Below are positions 15,897 to 25,737 of a DNA stretch of 64,000 bases, piece after piece. This DNA is from Candidatus Latescibacterota bacterium. Its GTDB lineage: Bacteria > Latescibacterota > UBA2968. The notes beneath the pieces are model-generated. The model was not told where the DNA came from, made no database searches, and saw only the letters and a program-made list of their open reading frames with translations. Each line of letters begins with the position of its first letter. The stretch's first letter is position 1. Made by a program: the position numbers and the translations under genes. The stretch lies in the NCBI GenBank assembly GCA_965204745.1, contig OZ242010.1, positions 2,752,001 to 2,816,000 on the forward strand, written 5' to 3'.

Positions 15897-18611
15897 TCAC
15901 TTCCCCTCCCCTTGCGTCAAGATCTGTTTCCACGAATCCAGTTTGACAAGGGCTTGGATCGGCGTGAGGTGGGCCACGTCTAAGTCGCGCAGTTCGGACA
16001 GCATGGGGTGGTCTTTGAGTTCGACTCGCACGTCTGTTGCCGGGGCGAACAGGGGAATTTGTTCGTTTTCCCGCACCCGGTCCGACTGCGGCGGCAAATC
16101 GGCGTGCTCGCCGTCGCGGTCGGCACTGCTCGGTTGTGGCCCTGCTGGCGAACCGTTTTGGCCCGGCTTTGGCCTCACGGATAGGTCGTTTTGCTCGAGC
16201 CTGTGCAAAATCTCTTTGGCCCGCGCGATCATCTCTGCGGGCATGCCGGCCAGCCGCGCCACTTCGATGCCGTAGCTGTGATCGCATCCCCCCGGCACTA
16301 GGCGGTGCAAAAACGCGATGGTATCCCCGGTCTCGCGCACCGCAACGCTGTAATTCTTCACCCGCGGCAACAAATCCTCCAATTCCGTCAATTCGTGGTA
16401 ATGCGTTGCAAACAAGGTGCGCGGCCTGAGATGGGCCGCATCGTGCAAATGCTCGGTCATGGCCCAGGCAATGCTCAACCCGTCGAACGTGCTCGTCCCG
16501 CGGCCGATCTCGTCCAAGAGCACCAGACTCTTGGGCGTGGCATTGTTCAAAATATTCGCGGCCTCGTTCATCTCGACCAAAAACGTGCTCTCGCCCCGAG
16601 CGAGATTGTCGGACGCGCCCACCCGGGTAAAAATGCGATCCACCACGCCGATGCGCGCATTGCGGGCCGGCACAAAACTGCCGATTTGCGCCAACAGCAC
16701 AATCAGCCCGACCTGCCGCAAAATCGTGGATTTCCCGGACATATTGGGGCCTGTAATCAGCAAAATCTGGTCCGCATCGCCATCTATCGTCACGTCATTG
16801 GGGACGAACTGACCGCCCGGCAACAACTGCTCGACCGCGGGATGCCGGCCTTCGGCAATGTCGATCCGCACGCCGTCCTCCACGCGGGGACGCACGTAAT
16901 CATTGGCAGACGCCACCTCTGCCAACGTGCCCAGCACATCCACCGCGGCCACGGCCAAGGCAGTGCGCTGTACGGGTTCGACCCACTCGGCCACCTTTTC
17001 GCGCAGCGCGGCGAACAAATCGCGCTCGAGGTCTTTGGCGCGCTCGTCTGCGCCCAAAATTTTCGCCTCCCAATCCTTCAACTCCGGCGTGATGTACCGC
17101 TCTGCATTGACCAGCGTTTGCTTGCGGACAAAATACTCGGGCACCTTGTCCTGATTCGCCTTTGTCACCTCGATGTAATAGCCAAACGCCTTGTTGTAGC
17201 CCACCTTCAAAGACGCGATGCCGGTTTTCTCGCGCTCGTCTGCCTGCAAATTGGCGACCCAGTCGCGCCCACCCGAGGAGATCGCCCGCAAGTCGTCTAA
17301 TTCTTTGTGATAGCCGGTTCGGATGTACCCGCCATCGCTGGTCTGCGCCGGGGGATCGTCTTCGAGCGTGTGGGCGATCAGGTCGATGAGTTCGGTCAAA
17401 TCCGGCATGCCGTGGTCGCGGGCGCGCACCAGCAAATCCGCCTGAAAAACGCGCAGGGTTTTTCGCAGGGGCACGACCGCTTCCAAGGATCGGCGCAAAG
17501 CCACGAGCTCGCGGGGATTGGCCCGGTTGCAACATATTCGGGACATCAGCCGCTCGAGATCGCCCACGCGGCGCAGGGCCGTGCGCGCATCGTCTCTGTC
17601 CTCCGGGGATTCGACAAATGCCTGCACGGCGTCCAACCGCGCTTCGATGCGCGGCACATCCACGAGCGGTTGCGACAGCCAGGCGCGCAGGGTTCGCGCA
17701 CCCGGCGGGGTACGCGTTTGGTCCAAAACCCCGAACAGCGTGCCCTCGCGCCGGCCGTCTTGGATGGTGCTGATCAACTCCAAATTGCGCTGCGTCACCA
17801 AATCCAGTTCCATCGCGGCCTCGGTGCGTTCGCGGGCCAAGCGCGTCATGTGCGACACCGCGCCCTTTTGATTCTCGTACAAATAACACAGCACCCCACC
17901 CGCAGCGCGGATGCCAACGGTGAGATCGTCGCACCCAAAGCCCTTGAGCGAGGCCACCTTGAAGTGTTCTTTCAACGTGTCGTACGCGTAGCGTTGCTCG
18001 AAGTGCCAATCCTCTAGTTGCGTGAGCAACGCGCGCGGCACTTGCGCGGCGAACTCGGCCTCGTTGTCCTTGGCCCAAGACTCGGGCGCCAGCACTTCGG
18101 CAGGGGCCATGCGCGCCAGCGTTTCCCACAACTCGTCTGCCGTGCGTTCCGATGCCTTGAACATGCCGGTTGACAAATCCGCGACTGCCATGCCCAGTTG
18201 ATCCCCGCCCACAAAAATGCCCACGAGATAATTGTTGAGCTTTTGATCGAGCAAATCATCGGACATGACCGTGCCCGGAGACACCACTTGCACCACCTCG
18301 CGGCGCACCAATTTTTTGCCCTTTTGCGGGGGCTCCATCTGCTCGCAAATCGCCACCTTTTTGCCGGCGCGGATGAGCCTCGCCAAGTACGTATCCAATG
18401 CGTGATGCGGCACGCCTGCCAGCGGGATACTGCTGCCGCCGCGGCCGTTGTTGCGCGCGGTCAACGTCAAGCCCAAAAGCTGCGATGCCACGACCGCGTC
18501 GTCGTAAAACGTCTCGTAAAAGTCGCCCATCCGAAACAGCAAAATCGCATCCGGGTGTTGCTCCTTAAAGCGCATATACTGCGCCATCGCCGGGGTCAAT
18601 TTTTTTGTCAT
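15897..18611 (-). CDS. mutS: DNA mismatch repair protein MutS
   Basis: TPAMAQY, FRMGDFYE, ITGPNMSGKST, GESTFLVEM, DEIGRGTSTFDG, FATHYHELT, SYGIEVARLAG. Confidence 0.97.
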   Translation of the reverse strand: MTKKLTPAMAQYMRFKEQHPDAILLFRMGDFYETFYDDAVVASQLLGLTLTARNNGRGGSSIPLAGVPHHALDTYLARLIRAGKKVAICEQMEPPQKGKKLVRREVVQVVSPGTVMSDDLLDQKLNNYLVGIFVGGDQLGMAVADLSTGMFKASERTADELWETLARMAPAEVLAPESWAKDNEAEFAAQVPRALLTQLEDWHFEQRYAYDTLKEHFKVASLKGFGCDDLTVGIRAAGGVLCYLYENQKGAVSHMTRLARERTEAAMELDLVTQRNLELISTIQDGRREGTLFGVLDQTRTPPGARTLRAWLSQPLVDVPRIEARLDAVQAFVESPEDRDDARTALRRVGDLERLMSRICCNRANPRELVALRRSLEAVVPLRKTLRVFQADLLVRARDHGMPDLTELIDLIAHTLEDDPPAQTSDGGYIRTGYHKELDDLRAISSGGRDWVANLQADEREKTGIASLKVGYNKAFGYYIEVTKANQDKVPEYFVRKQTLVNAERYITPELKDWEAKILGADERAKDLERDLFAALREKVAEWVEPVQRTALAVAAVDVLGTLAEVASANDYVRPRVEDGVRIDIAEGRHPAVEQLLPGGQFVPNDVTIDGDADQILLITGPNMSGKSTILRQVGLIVLLAQIGSFVPARNARIGVVDRIFTRVGASDNLARGESTFLVEMNEAANILNNATPKSLVLLDEIGRGTSTFDGLSIAWAMTEHLHDAAHLRPRTLFATHYHELTELEDLLPRVKNYSVAVRETGDTIAFLHRLVPGGCDHSYGIEVARLAGMPAEMIARAKEILHRLEQNDLSVRPKPGQNGSPAGPQPSSADRDGEHADLPPQSDRVRENEQIPLFAPATDVRVELKDHPMLSELRDLDVAHLTPIQALVKLDSWKQILTQGEGK

Positions 18612-18623
18612 AGCATCACCTCT

Positions 18624-18800
18624 TGTATCTTAGCGGTCAGCACATCTATTGCCCTGGGGTGGCAGGGTGGGGACTGACAACTGACAACTGCCTCTCTTAG
18701 GGCGAGCATGGGGACACGCCCCTACACTGCTCGCCTTTGAACTGGCTAATCGTCAGTTGTACCCCTTTTGTGCCTTTTGTGCCTTTTGTGGCTAAAATCC
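18624..18800 (-). repeat. Mosaic intergenic repeat (inverted, permuted homologue of 9160-9450)
   Basis: Contains (tgacaac)n, REP-like gggcgagcatggggacacgcccctac at 18700-18725, gaactggc..cagttgtacccc and (cttttgtgc)x3. Confidence 0.75.
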
Positions 18801-18825
18801 CCTCTTGCGTCTTCCCTCTTCCCTC

Positions 18826-19392
18826 TCACTCCCCCACGGCTTTGCGATACGAATAATCGAACAGCAACTCCCATTCGCGCAGTTGGATTTTTCGGCAGAG
18901 CGCGTCGTGTGTGGAACGGCCTTCGAGGGCATCGGCGCACAGATCGACATAAGCCGCCGCATCCCAGCGCGACTGCGTGGTCAAAAACGCCGGCGCGTCT
19001 GAAACCTTGCTCGCCATGAGGGTCGTTGCTCGGCACAACTCGTCAAAAATGGGATGATCACCCACGCGGGCAAACCAGTGTTTTGAATTGGAAAAATCCG
19101 GTTCCCGGCGGTGCATGATGCCGTGCCAGTAACTTCCGGTCGGGGTGTGAATGCCTTGGCTGATGGTGTGGGACGTGTCCAAGTAATTGTGGTACAACCA
19201 CGCCCCGGAAATGCAGGCATTTGCCATATCTTCATCCACGACTGTTTTTCCGGCAAACGCGGCCTGCACGTTCAGCGCGTCGAGCTGGGGCTTTGCCGCG
19301 GCATTTTCTTTGCCGCCATCCAGCGGATTCAACCGCTTTTCGGAAATCAACGTTGCAAAAACATCGCCATAAGCACTTGCGTCAAAAGACAT
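18826..19392 (-). CDS. Conserved hypothetical protein
   Basis: RBS AAGGAG; motif WLYHNYLDTSHTISQ...GSYWHGIMHRREPDFSNSKHWF; function unknown. Confidence 0.75.
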   Translation of the reverse strand: MSFDASAYGDVFATLISEKRLNPLDGGKENAAAKPQLDALNVQAAFAGKTVVDEDMANACISGAWLYHNYLDTSHTISQGIHTPTGSYWHGIMHRREPDFSNSKHWFARVGDHPIFDELCRATTLMASKVSDAPAFLTTQSRWDAAAYVDLCADALEGRSTHDALCRKIQLREWELLFDYSYRKAVGE

Positions 19393-19569
19393 TGTGTTGC
19401 TCCTTTGGTGATAGTTGGCGCGAAATTCGCTCTCTGTTTAGACATGTGAAAATGTTTGCCGTGCGTCAAGGGTTTTTCGGAGTGGTCAGCGGTCAGTAAC
19501 AAAAAAACAAGTAGGCGATGCGGGCGTTGTTTCCCTGTTGGGCAGAGGTTTTGCGCGGTTCATGGCCTT

Positions 19570-19675
19570 CTCCCGTCTTGCCTCTTACTTGGGGATAGGG
19601 CTTGCGGTGGGGATGCGGGGTAATCCGCGCAATCCCCTAATCCGTTTAATCCGCGATTCAGACACGGTGGGGCGG
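19570..19675 (-). repeat. Inverted copy of the 12815-12922 repeat
   Basis: Reverse complement matches ccgtgtctgaatcgcggattaaacggatta...cctatccccaagtaagagg. Confidence 0.8.
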
Positions 19676-19729
19676 ACGGGCACGCACGGGCGGAGGAGTG
19701 AAGCGGTTGGGGATCCCCCTTCAAATTCA

Positions 19730-19757
19730 TTGACATTCCCACCGCAAGTTCTATCTT
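19730..19757 (+). promoter_or_regulatory. Putative sigma70 promoter
   Basis: TTGACA-N16-TATCTT upstream of the 19840 CDS. Confidence 0.45.
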
Positions 19758-19839
19758 CTGAACGGGTCGGCAATCGCAATCACCATCGCTTTAGGCCCTT
19801 TGTTTTGCTGACCGACAGGGGCCACAACGGGAGATAATC

Positions 19840-20601
19840 ATGAAATTGGGCATTGTGACGTATCAAATCGGCAAGGACTGGGATGTGCCCACCATCATCG
19901 CAACTTGTGACAGGCTCGGTTACAGCGGGGTCGAACTGCGTACCACGCATGCTCACGGCGTGGAATCAGACCTCTCGGCGGAGCAACTGCGGGATGTTCG
20001 CAAGCAATTTGAAGATGGCGGGATCGAAATCGCGGGCTTGGGCACGGCGTTTGAATTTCATTCGGACGATCCGCGTGTGGTGCGCGAAAATATCGACGGC
20101 ACGATTGAATACGCCAAACTCGCCGCGGATCTGGGGTGCCCGGGCGTGAAGGTGCGGCCCAATGGCCTGCAAACCGGCAAGGGCATTTCGGTTGAACAAA
20201 CGCTGGAACAAATCGGCACATCCGTGCGCGAGTGCGCGAGTGCAGCGGCTGATTTGGGGGTGCAAATTCGCGTGGAAGTCCACGGAAAAGAAACGCAAAA
20301 ACCCGCGTATATGCGCGCCATCATGGACCACGCAGATCACGACAACGCGTACGTGTGCTGGAACTCGAACTTGGGCGAGGTCGAAGCTGGAACCATCAAA
20401 GCCAACTTTGACTTGCTCAAACACAAAATCGGGCTGGTACACATCACCGAGTTGTGCAACGCGGCTTACCCCTGGCGCGAGCTTTTCGCCCTGCTCAATG
20501 CCGAGGGCTATGCGGGCTATACCCTCGCCGAAATTCCCGCCAGCCCAGATGCCGAGCGGCTGTTGCAATACTACAAGGCGTTGTGGGAAGCGTATCAGTA
20601 G
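19840..20601 (+). CDS. Sugar phosphate isomerase/epimerase (xylose isomerase-like TIM barrel)
   Basis: GYSGVELR, GVQIRVEVHG, VHI, GYAGYTLAE. Confidence 0.8.
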   Translation: MKLGIVTYQIGKDWDVPTIIATCDRLGYSGVELRTTHAHGVESDLSAEQLRDVRKQFEDGGIEIAGLGTAFEFHSDDPRVVRENIDGTIEYAKLAADLGCPGVKVRPNGLQTGKGISVEQTLEQIGTSVRECASAAADLGVQIRVEVHGKETQKPAYMRAIMDHADHDNAYVCWNSNLGEVEAGTIKANFDLLKHKIGLVHITELCNAAYPWRELFALLNAEGYAGYTLAEIPASPDAERLLQYYKALWEAYQ

Positions 20602-20722
20602 TCAGTAGTCAGTCCGCCCTTCCCATCCCCCGTAGGGACAGGCCCTTGTGACGATCCTCTTATGACACGCGCTTGGCTTAACCGCCTGTCCTCATATCAT
20701 TCGCGTTTATCGGTGTTCTCAT

Positions 20723-21430
20723 GTGGTTGCTTTGAGCATTCAAAAAAAAATTTACGCCCTCAGACGCGAACTCGCCGCGCGGTATCAACTCGGCGAAGAA
20801 CGACACAACCTCTGCGGGCGCAAAATATCCATTACTTGCGTTGAAGATGCCGAAGCCCTGTTCGGCAAATTGGTCTGCGCGGATCCCGAAAGCCTTGACG
20901 TGCGAGACGAGCGACTGCCCTATTGGGCCACCTTGTGGGATTCCGCACTCGTTTTGGCAGATGTGTTGCTCTCGGATCAGGTGCTCGCGCCGGGCGAACC
21001 CGTGCTCGAACTCGGCTGTGGCTTGGGCTTGGTTTCGGCGATAGCCTGCCTCATGCACGCGCGCGTCACCGCCACGGATTACCAGCCGGACGCGCTCAAA
21101 TTTACGCAACTCAATGGGTTGCAAATCGCCGGCATCGCGCCCCGGGTGACGCGCCTCGACTGGCGTGCGCCGCCGCAAAATCAACGCTATCCCACCTTGT
21201 TGGGCGCGGACCTCGTTTATGAACCCCGATTTTTCGATCCGCTCATCGCCACATTCGACGCCCTTCTGATGCCCGAAGGGCGCGTTTTGTTTTGCGAACC
21301 CAATCGCCTGGTGGGCGAGCCGTTTTTTGATCGGCTGTCCCAGGCGGGCTGGGCGTTCACGCCAAGCACCGAGCGCGAGAACGCGACGGTGTATGAGATT
21401 CGGAGGAAGGCAAGAAGCGGGAGCATGTAG
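20723..21430 (+). CDS. Class I SAM-dependent methyltransferase (protein-lysine MTase-like)
   Basis: PYWATLWDSA, VLELGCGLGL, ATDY, LDW, GADLVYE. Confidence 0.8.
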   Translation: MVALSIQKKIYALRRELAARYQLGEERHNLCGRKISITCVEDAEALFGKLVCADPESLDVRDERLPYWATLWDSALVLADVLLSDQVLAPGEPVLELGCGLGLVSAIACLMHARVTATDYQPDALKFTQLNGLQIAGIAPRVTRLDWRAPPQNQRYPTLLGADLVYEPRFFDPLIATFDALLMPEGRVLFCEPNRLVGEPFFDRLSQAGWAFTPSTERENATVYEIRRKARSGSM

Positions 21431-21470
21431 GGGCGTGGCCCACTGCATTAAAGCGTTTCAGCGCGGGCCT

Positions 21471-22478
21471 TCAACTTATCCCACCCGTTTTTTGAAAAAG
21501 TTCTCGCGCTAACCATTCGATTCGCTCGCGTTCAGACAGGGTTTCCACGAGGTGCAATGGCAGGGCCGAGGGGCCGAGGTACAGGCCGCTCAGGGTACCG
21601 GCCACGGCGGCGAAAGTATCTACATCGCCGCCCGTGGTCAGGGCGCGGGTGACAGTGGGGATGAACGCGCCCTGGGCGCGCAGAAACGCCTCTAAAGCCA
21701 CGACGACCGTGGATGGGGCTTCGCTCGGGATGGCGTCTTCTCTTTTCGCTTCGGGCATCTGCTGCATGGCGGCCCACGCGTCGTCTTCGTCTATCGCTAG
21801 CAAGGCGCGTACCTGCCCGATCAACGCGCCTGTGGCTTCGCAAATCGGTCGGGCCGACCACTCCGCCACGTCCAAGACCTCGTTCACATCCAGGGGGCGA
21901 TGCGTGACCAGATGCCCCACCACATGCGCGAGTGCCACCGCAGGCGCGACCGCACGCGGGTCTTTGTGCGTCACCCAACTCGCGGTCAGCGCGTCTTCCC
22001 GAATGTCCTCGCCCGTTGCCCAGTGCCACAGGCCCACCGGCGCGATTTTCATGACCGCGCCATTGGTGGGCTTGTCGCGCGACGCGGCTTCGGACCACGC
22101 CACCCCGCGATCCAAGCGTTCCAGTGTTTCCCGAAAAGCCCCGCCATAAGAATGCAGGTTGCCTTCCCGCCACATGTCCAAGAACCGCTCGGCCATAGCC
22201 TTGGGATCGACCTTTCCACACGCCAAAATCGACTCGACCAGCACCAGGGTCTGCTGCGTGTCGTCCGTGTATTCCCCGGCAGAGAGCGTCACCTCGCCCA
22301 TCCGATTGACGCGATCTCGGTACCGGTCCGTCAGGCCATCGACCGCCAAAATCCGCGGTCGCGTCCAGCCCTCGCAAAAGCTACCCAGCGCATCGCCAAT
22401 CGCGCCGCCCAACAGCGCGCCCACGAACAAATCCTCAACCTCGACATCTTCCGTTTCTTCTTCCCAGTAATCGGTCAT
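21471..22478 (-). CDS. ADP-ribosylglycohydrolase family protein
   Basis: GALLGGAIGDALG, YTDDTQ, NGAVM, GGDVDT. Confidence 0.85.
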   Translation of the reverse strand: MTDYWEEETEDVEVEDLFVGALLGGAIGDALGSFCEGWTRPRILAVDGLTDRYRDRVNRMGEVTLSAGEYTDDTQQTLVLVESILACGKVDPKAMAERFLDMWREGNLHSYGGAFRETLERLDRGVAWSEAASRDKPTNGAVMKIAPVGLWHWATGEDIREDALTASWVTHKDPRAVAPAVALAHVVGHLVTHRPLDVNEVLDVAEWSARPICEATGALIGQVRALLAIDEDDAWAAMQQMPEAKREDAIPSEAPSTVVVALEAFLRAQGAFIPTVTRALTTGGDVDTFAAVAGTLSGLYLGPSALPLHLVETLSERERIEWLARELFQKTGGIS

Positions 22479-22527
22479 AACGCAATCCTCAAAAAATGAA
22501 CCTATCCCCTAACCCCCTCGTATCTTC

Positions 22528-22554
22528 GGGCGAACACGGGGGCATCGCCCCTAC
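22528..22554 (-). repeat. GTAG REP-like hairpin
   Basis: Minus strand gtaggggcgatgcccccgtgttcgccc followed by gaagatac, as in the other copies. Confidence 0.7.
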
Positions 22555-22568
22555 ACACTGATCGCCTC

Positions 22569-23573
22569 TCACTCCTCCCACGCATCCACCGCGTTGCGAA
22601 ATGCCCGAATGTGATCGGGCGTGGTGCCGCAACAGCCGCCGATCAGGAACCCACCCGCGTCTAACAATGACCCCACGTACCGCGCCATCTCCTCCGGCCC
22701 TTGGGAATACGACGCCTGTTGCGTGGCGCGATCCAGCGTGGGCAGGCCCGCGTTGGGATAGGCCATCAGCCGCTTGTTTTCCATGCCGCGATCCGCAAGG
22801 GCGCGGTGCATCTGCCCGGTGCCCTCAATCGCATAAGGCATGCCCGTGTGCGCGGTGTTGCGCGTTTCCGCGCCGCAGTTCAGGCCAAAAAGTTGCACAT
22901 GCGCGATCAAATTCTCGCCAGTTGAAAATTCGCCACTCGCCAGCGCGTCCAGCACATCGGCCGGGGAAAAGCCCCAATCCGTGCGGTAAATCACCGCGCC
23001 GGTTTGCCGATTCCGCGTCCATTTGTACGTCATATTCACGGCGATAGGCAAGCCGGTTTGCCGCGCAACATCCACGGCTATCGCGGCCTCCTTGGCGGAA
23101 AATTGCGTTTCGATGACAAAAAAATCGACCCCGCCCTGGGCCAAGGCATGGATCACGCGCTCGTGGGCTTCGCGCACATCCGCGTTGGGAATGCCGAAAT
23201 CCGTATCGCCTGCGTCGGCTTCAATCGCGCCGGGGGATGGGCCGATGGAACCGCCCACATACACCTCGCGCCCGCTTTCTTCAACGGCGCGGCGCGCGTG
23301 TTGGGCCGCCAAGCGCGTCAGGTGCTCCGCGTCTGCGTCGCCCGCATCTGCCATCGCCAAGTGCAGGGGAGACGCGACAAAGGTGTTCGTGCCGATGGCA
23401 TCTGCGCCCGCGTGGATGTACGCGCGATGCACATCGACCACCGCGCCCGGATGCGACAGGTTGGCTATCGCGCTGTTCGTGAGATGCACGCCGCGCGCAA
23501 ACAACTGCGACCCAAATCCCCCGTCGTAGAGCATGGGGCGGTCGTCTGCGAGGCGCGTTGCAAAAGACATCAT
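22569..23573 (-). CDS. Homocysteine S-methyltransferase domain protein
   Basis: YDGGFGS, HRAYIHAGAD..TNTF, GLNCG, YPNAGLP, IGGCCGTTPDHI (three Zn-binding Cys); ATGA overlap with the upstream stop. Confidence 0.85.
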   Translation of the reverse strand: MMSFATRLADDRPMLYDGGFGSQLFARGVHLTNSAIANLSHPGAVVDVHRAYIHAGADAIGTNTFVASPLHLAMADAGDADAEHLTRLAAQHARRAVEESGREVYVGGSIGPSPGAIEADAGDTDFGIPNADVREAHERVIHALAQGGVDFFVIETQFSAKEAAIAVDVARQTGLPIAVNMTYKWTRNRQTGAVIYRTDWGFSPADVLDALASGEFSTGENLIAHVQLFGLNCGAETRNTAHTGMPYAIEGTGQMHRALADRGMENKRLMAYPNAGLPTLDRATQQASYSQGPEEMARYVGSLLDAGGFLIGGCCGTTPDHIRAFRNAVDAWEE

Positions 23574-25474
23574 CCGACCATCCTTTTGAACTGACACCCT
23601 TCGACAAATGCGTCAAAAAAATCCGGCGTCGTTTCCAACTCGACGTGCTCGATCCGCCTGACGACGCGCTCTGCCTTGGCGCGGCGTTTTCGGGACACCA
23701 AGACCTCGCGTGCGCCCAAGATCGCGGCATTGCCCACCTTTTCGATGCGCTCGGGACGCACGGGTGCGAGAAAACCGATGTCAATCGCATTTTGCACATT
23801 GACGTAATTCGCAAACCCCCCGGCCAAATACAAGCGGTGGATCTGCTCTGGGCGGATCCCAAATTCGCGCATCACAATCAACTGCCCGCAGTAGTTCGCG
23901 GCCTTGGCCTGCGCCAAATTGCTCGCGTCTTCGCGGGACAGGGCAATGTCGTGCTCGGCCACCACCGGCAATTCAAATTGCTTGCGGTTCGCAAACGCGC
24001 CCTTTTCCGTCATCAACTCGTGCCGCCGCAATTCGGCCAGCAAATCGATCAGCCCGGACCCGCACAAGCCCAGCGGCGCGCTGTTCCCAATCGCACGGTA
24101 CTCAAACCGGCCGTTCTCCCACACCCCGGATTCGATGGCGCCATCTCGCGCGGGCATGCCGCAGGTGATGCCCCCGCCTTCAAATGCCGGGCCTGCCGGG
24201 CACGATGCCGCCACCAACCGCTGTCGGTTGCCCACCACCACTTCGGTATTTGTGCCCACGTCCATGAGCATCACCACCTCGTCTTGCCCGCCCATGCCCA
24301 CGGCCAGCATATCCGCGGCCACATCCCCGCCTACGTGGCTCGCGATGAGGGGCATGCCATAGACCCGCGCTTTGGGATTGGCCCGAATGCCCAACCGCCT
24401 GCTGCTTTCGCACAGGGCTGTGGTGGCGCGTTTTCCCGCCAAATACTCGTGTTCAATTTGCGACTTGTAGGGCTTTTGCCCAATGCTTTGTATGTCGAGC
24501 CTGAAGAACAGATCGCGCATGGTGGCATTGCCCGCGACGACAATTTCGTAAATTTCCTGCCGCACAAAGCCCAGGGTTTCCCCAAGCCCGAGAATCTCGG
24601 CGTTGATCGCATTGACAAGGGCTTTCCACAATTCGTTGGGATGCGCGCCGTCGTAGGAAATGCGGTACATCACATCGCTGCCGCCAAAGCGTTGGGGATT
24701 TTCAAATGACGCTATCGCCACGCTCTCGCCGGATTCCAAATTCACCAGATCCATCACAACCGTCGTAGTGCCGATGTCAATCGCCAGTCCATAGACATGC
24801 CCCCGAAACCGGTCGATGTCCTCCCCGTCGTAGAACACGCGGTCCCCGCGGCGCGTCACCACCGGGTCGAAGTCCAGCTTCTTGGCCGGACTCAAGGTCA
24901 AAATTTGCGGCGCGCGACGCAGGGGCGCAAACCCGATCTCCGCGTCCAAATCCACCACCTCGGCTTGACACGCGAGGCGGTACTCGTCCTGCAAGAAGGA
25001 CTCGGCTTCGGTTTTGGGACACAGGGCGTCCATCCCGGCGGTGATTTCCACCACGCACTCATGGCAAATTCCGGATCGGAAACACGATGTTGGCACGCGA
25101 ACCGCGAGGTCGTCGGCATAGTCGAAAATCGTCTTTTGCCCTACGAGGGGTTGCACCTTGCCCGCGTGCGCGATGTGACCCCTGCCCTTTTTGGTCGCTT
25201 TGAGCGCGGCTTTTGCGGCGGGATAGGCGTCTGCGTCCGTTTCCCAAGCCGTGCGATAATCAAGTTTGTCGTCGCTCGCGCATTGAAAAAGCACCCGGTC
25301 GGGTGCTGGCTTGCGCTGGTATCGGCAGCCAAATTTGGCCGTGCATTCATCGTTCTTGTCTTTGTACGGGCAGCGCGTCAGGGCCTGTTTGTCCGCGTGT
25401 TGAACCATATCCGCGAAAATCTCGGTCATGCGATCCAACCGCTGTCGATAGGCTTTTGGGTCTATTTTTTTCAT
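23570..25474 (-). CDS. ASKHA-domain corrinoid reductive activator (RACo/DUF4445) with 2Fe-2S domain
   Basis: CFRSGICHEC...RLACQ, AIDIGTTTV, NPQRFGGSDV, DVGTNTE, AGPAFEG, GLCGSG, LAGGF, VGNAA. Confidence 0.85.
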   Translation of the reverse strand: MKKIDPKAYRQRLDRMTEIFADMVQHADKQALTRCPYKDKNDECTAKFGCRYQRKPAPDRVLFQCASDDKLDYRTAWETDADAYPAAKAALKATKKGRGHIAHAGKVQPLVGQKTIFDYADDLAVRVPTSCFRSGICHECVVEITAGMDALCPKTEAESFLQDEYRLACQAEVVDLDAEIGFAPLRRAPQILTLSPAKKLDFDPVVTRRGDRVFYDGEDIDRFRGHVYGLAIDIGTTTVVMDLVNLESGESVAIASFENPQRFGGSDVMYRISYDGAHPNELWKALVNAINAEILGLGETLGFVRQEIYEIVVAGNATMRDLFFRLDIQSIGQKPYKSQIEHEYLAGKRATTALCESSRRLGIRANPKARVYGMPLIASHVGGDVAADMLAVGMGGQDEVVMLMDVGTNTEVVVGNRQRLVAASCPAGPAFEGGGITCGMPARDGAIESGVWENGRFEYRAIGNSAPLGLCGSGLIDLLAELRRHELMTEKGAFANRKQFELPVVAEHDIALSREDASNLAQAKAANYCGQLIVMREFGIRPEQIHRLYLAGGFANYVNVQNAIDIGFLAPVRPERIEKVGNAAILGAREVLVSRKRRAKAERVVRRIEHVELETTPDFFDAFVEGCQFKRMVG

Positions 25475-25514
25475 TGCTAACAATGACGTTGGTGTCAAAA
25501 ACGAAGCGGCTCAT
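25475..25514 (-). pseudogene. PIN-family toxin N-terminal stump
   Basis: ATG overlapping the stop of 25511-25735 reads MSRFVFDTNVIVS, then runs straight into the ASKHA start codon. Confidence 0.6.
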
Positions 25515-25735
25515 TTCTCATCCAAGATGGACTGCAAAATTTCTGGCGTCAGACCGCGTTGTTGCGCGCTACGGCTGATTTCCGACATGATCTCACGCAG
25601 TGATCTCCCGGACTCTATCGCATCGCGCAAACGCAAATTGATGAGCAAATCCAGTTTGCGACGCTCGGTGTCCGAAGCCGAACGATAGGCATGCGCCACA
25701 GCGGAATCAACCGACACGGTTATGAAGTCTGCCAT
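25511..25735 (-). CDS. Putative antitoxin (74 aa)
   Basis: MADFITVSVDSAVAHAYRSAS...SLREIMSEISRSAQQRGLTPEILQSILDEK; resembles small proteins found upstream of PIN toxins; RBS GGAGG. Confidence 0.6.
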   Translation of the reverse strand: MADFITVSVDSAVAHAYRSASDTERRKLDLLINLRLRDAIESGRSLREIMSEISRSAQQRGLTPEILQSILDEK

Positions 25736-25737
25736 TG

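Noticed and set aside
21471-22478. ADP-ribosylglycohydrolase as part of a toxin-immunity or defence pair
   Set aside because: No ADP-ribosyltransferase nearby; host-like composition and context.
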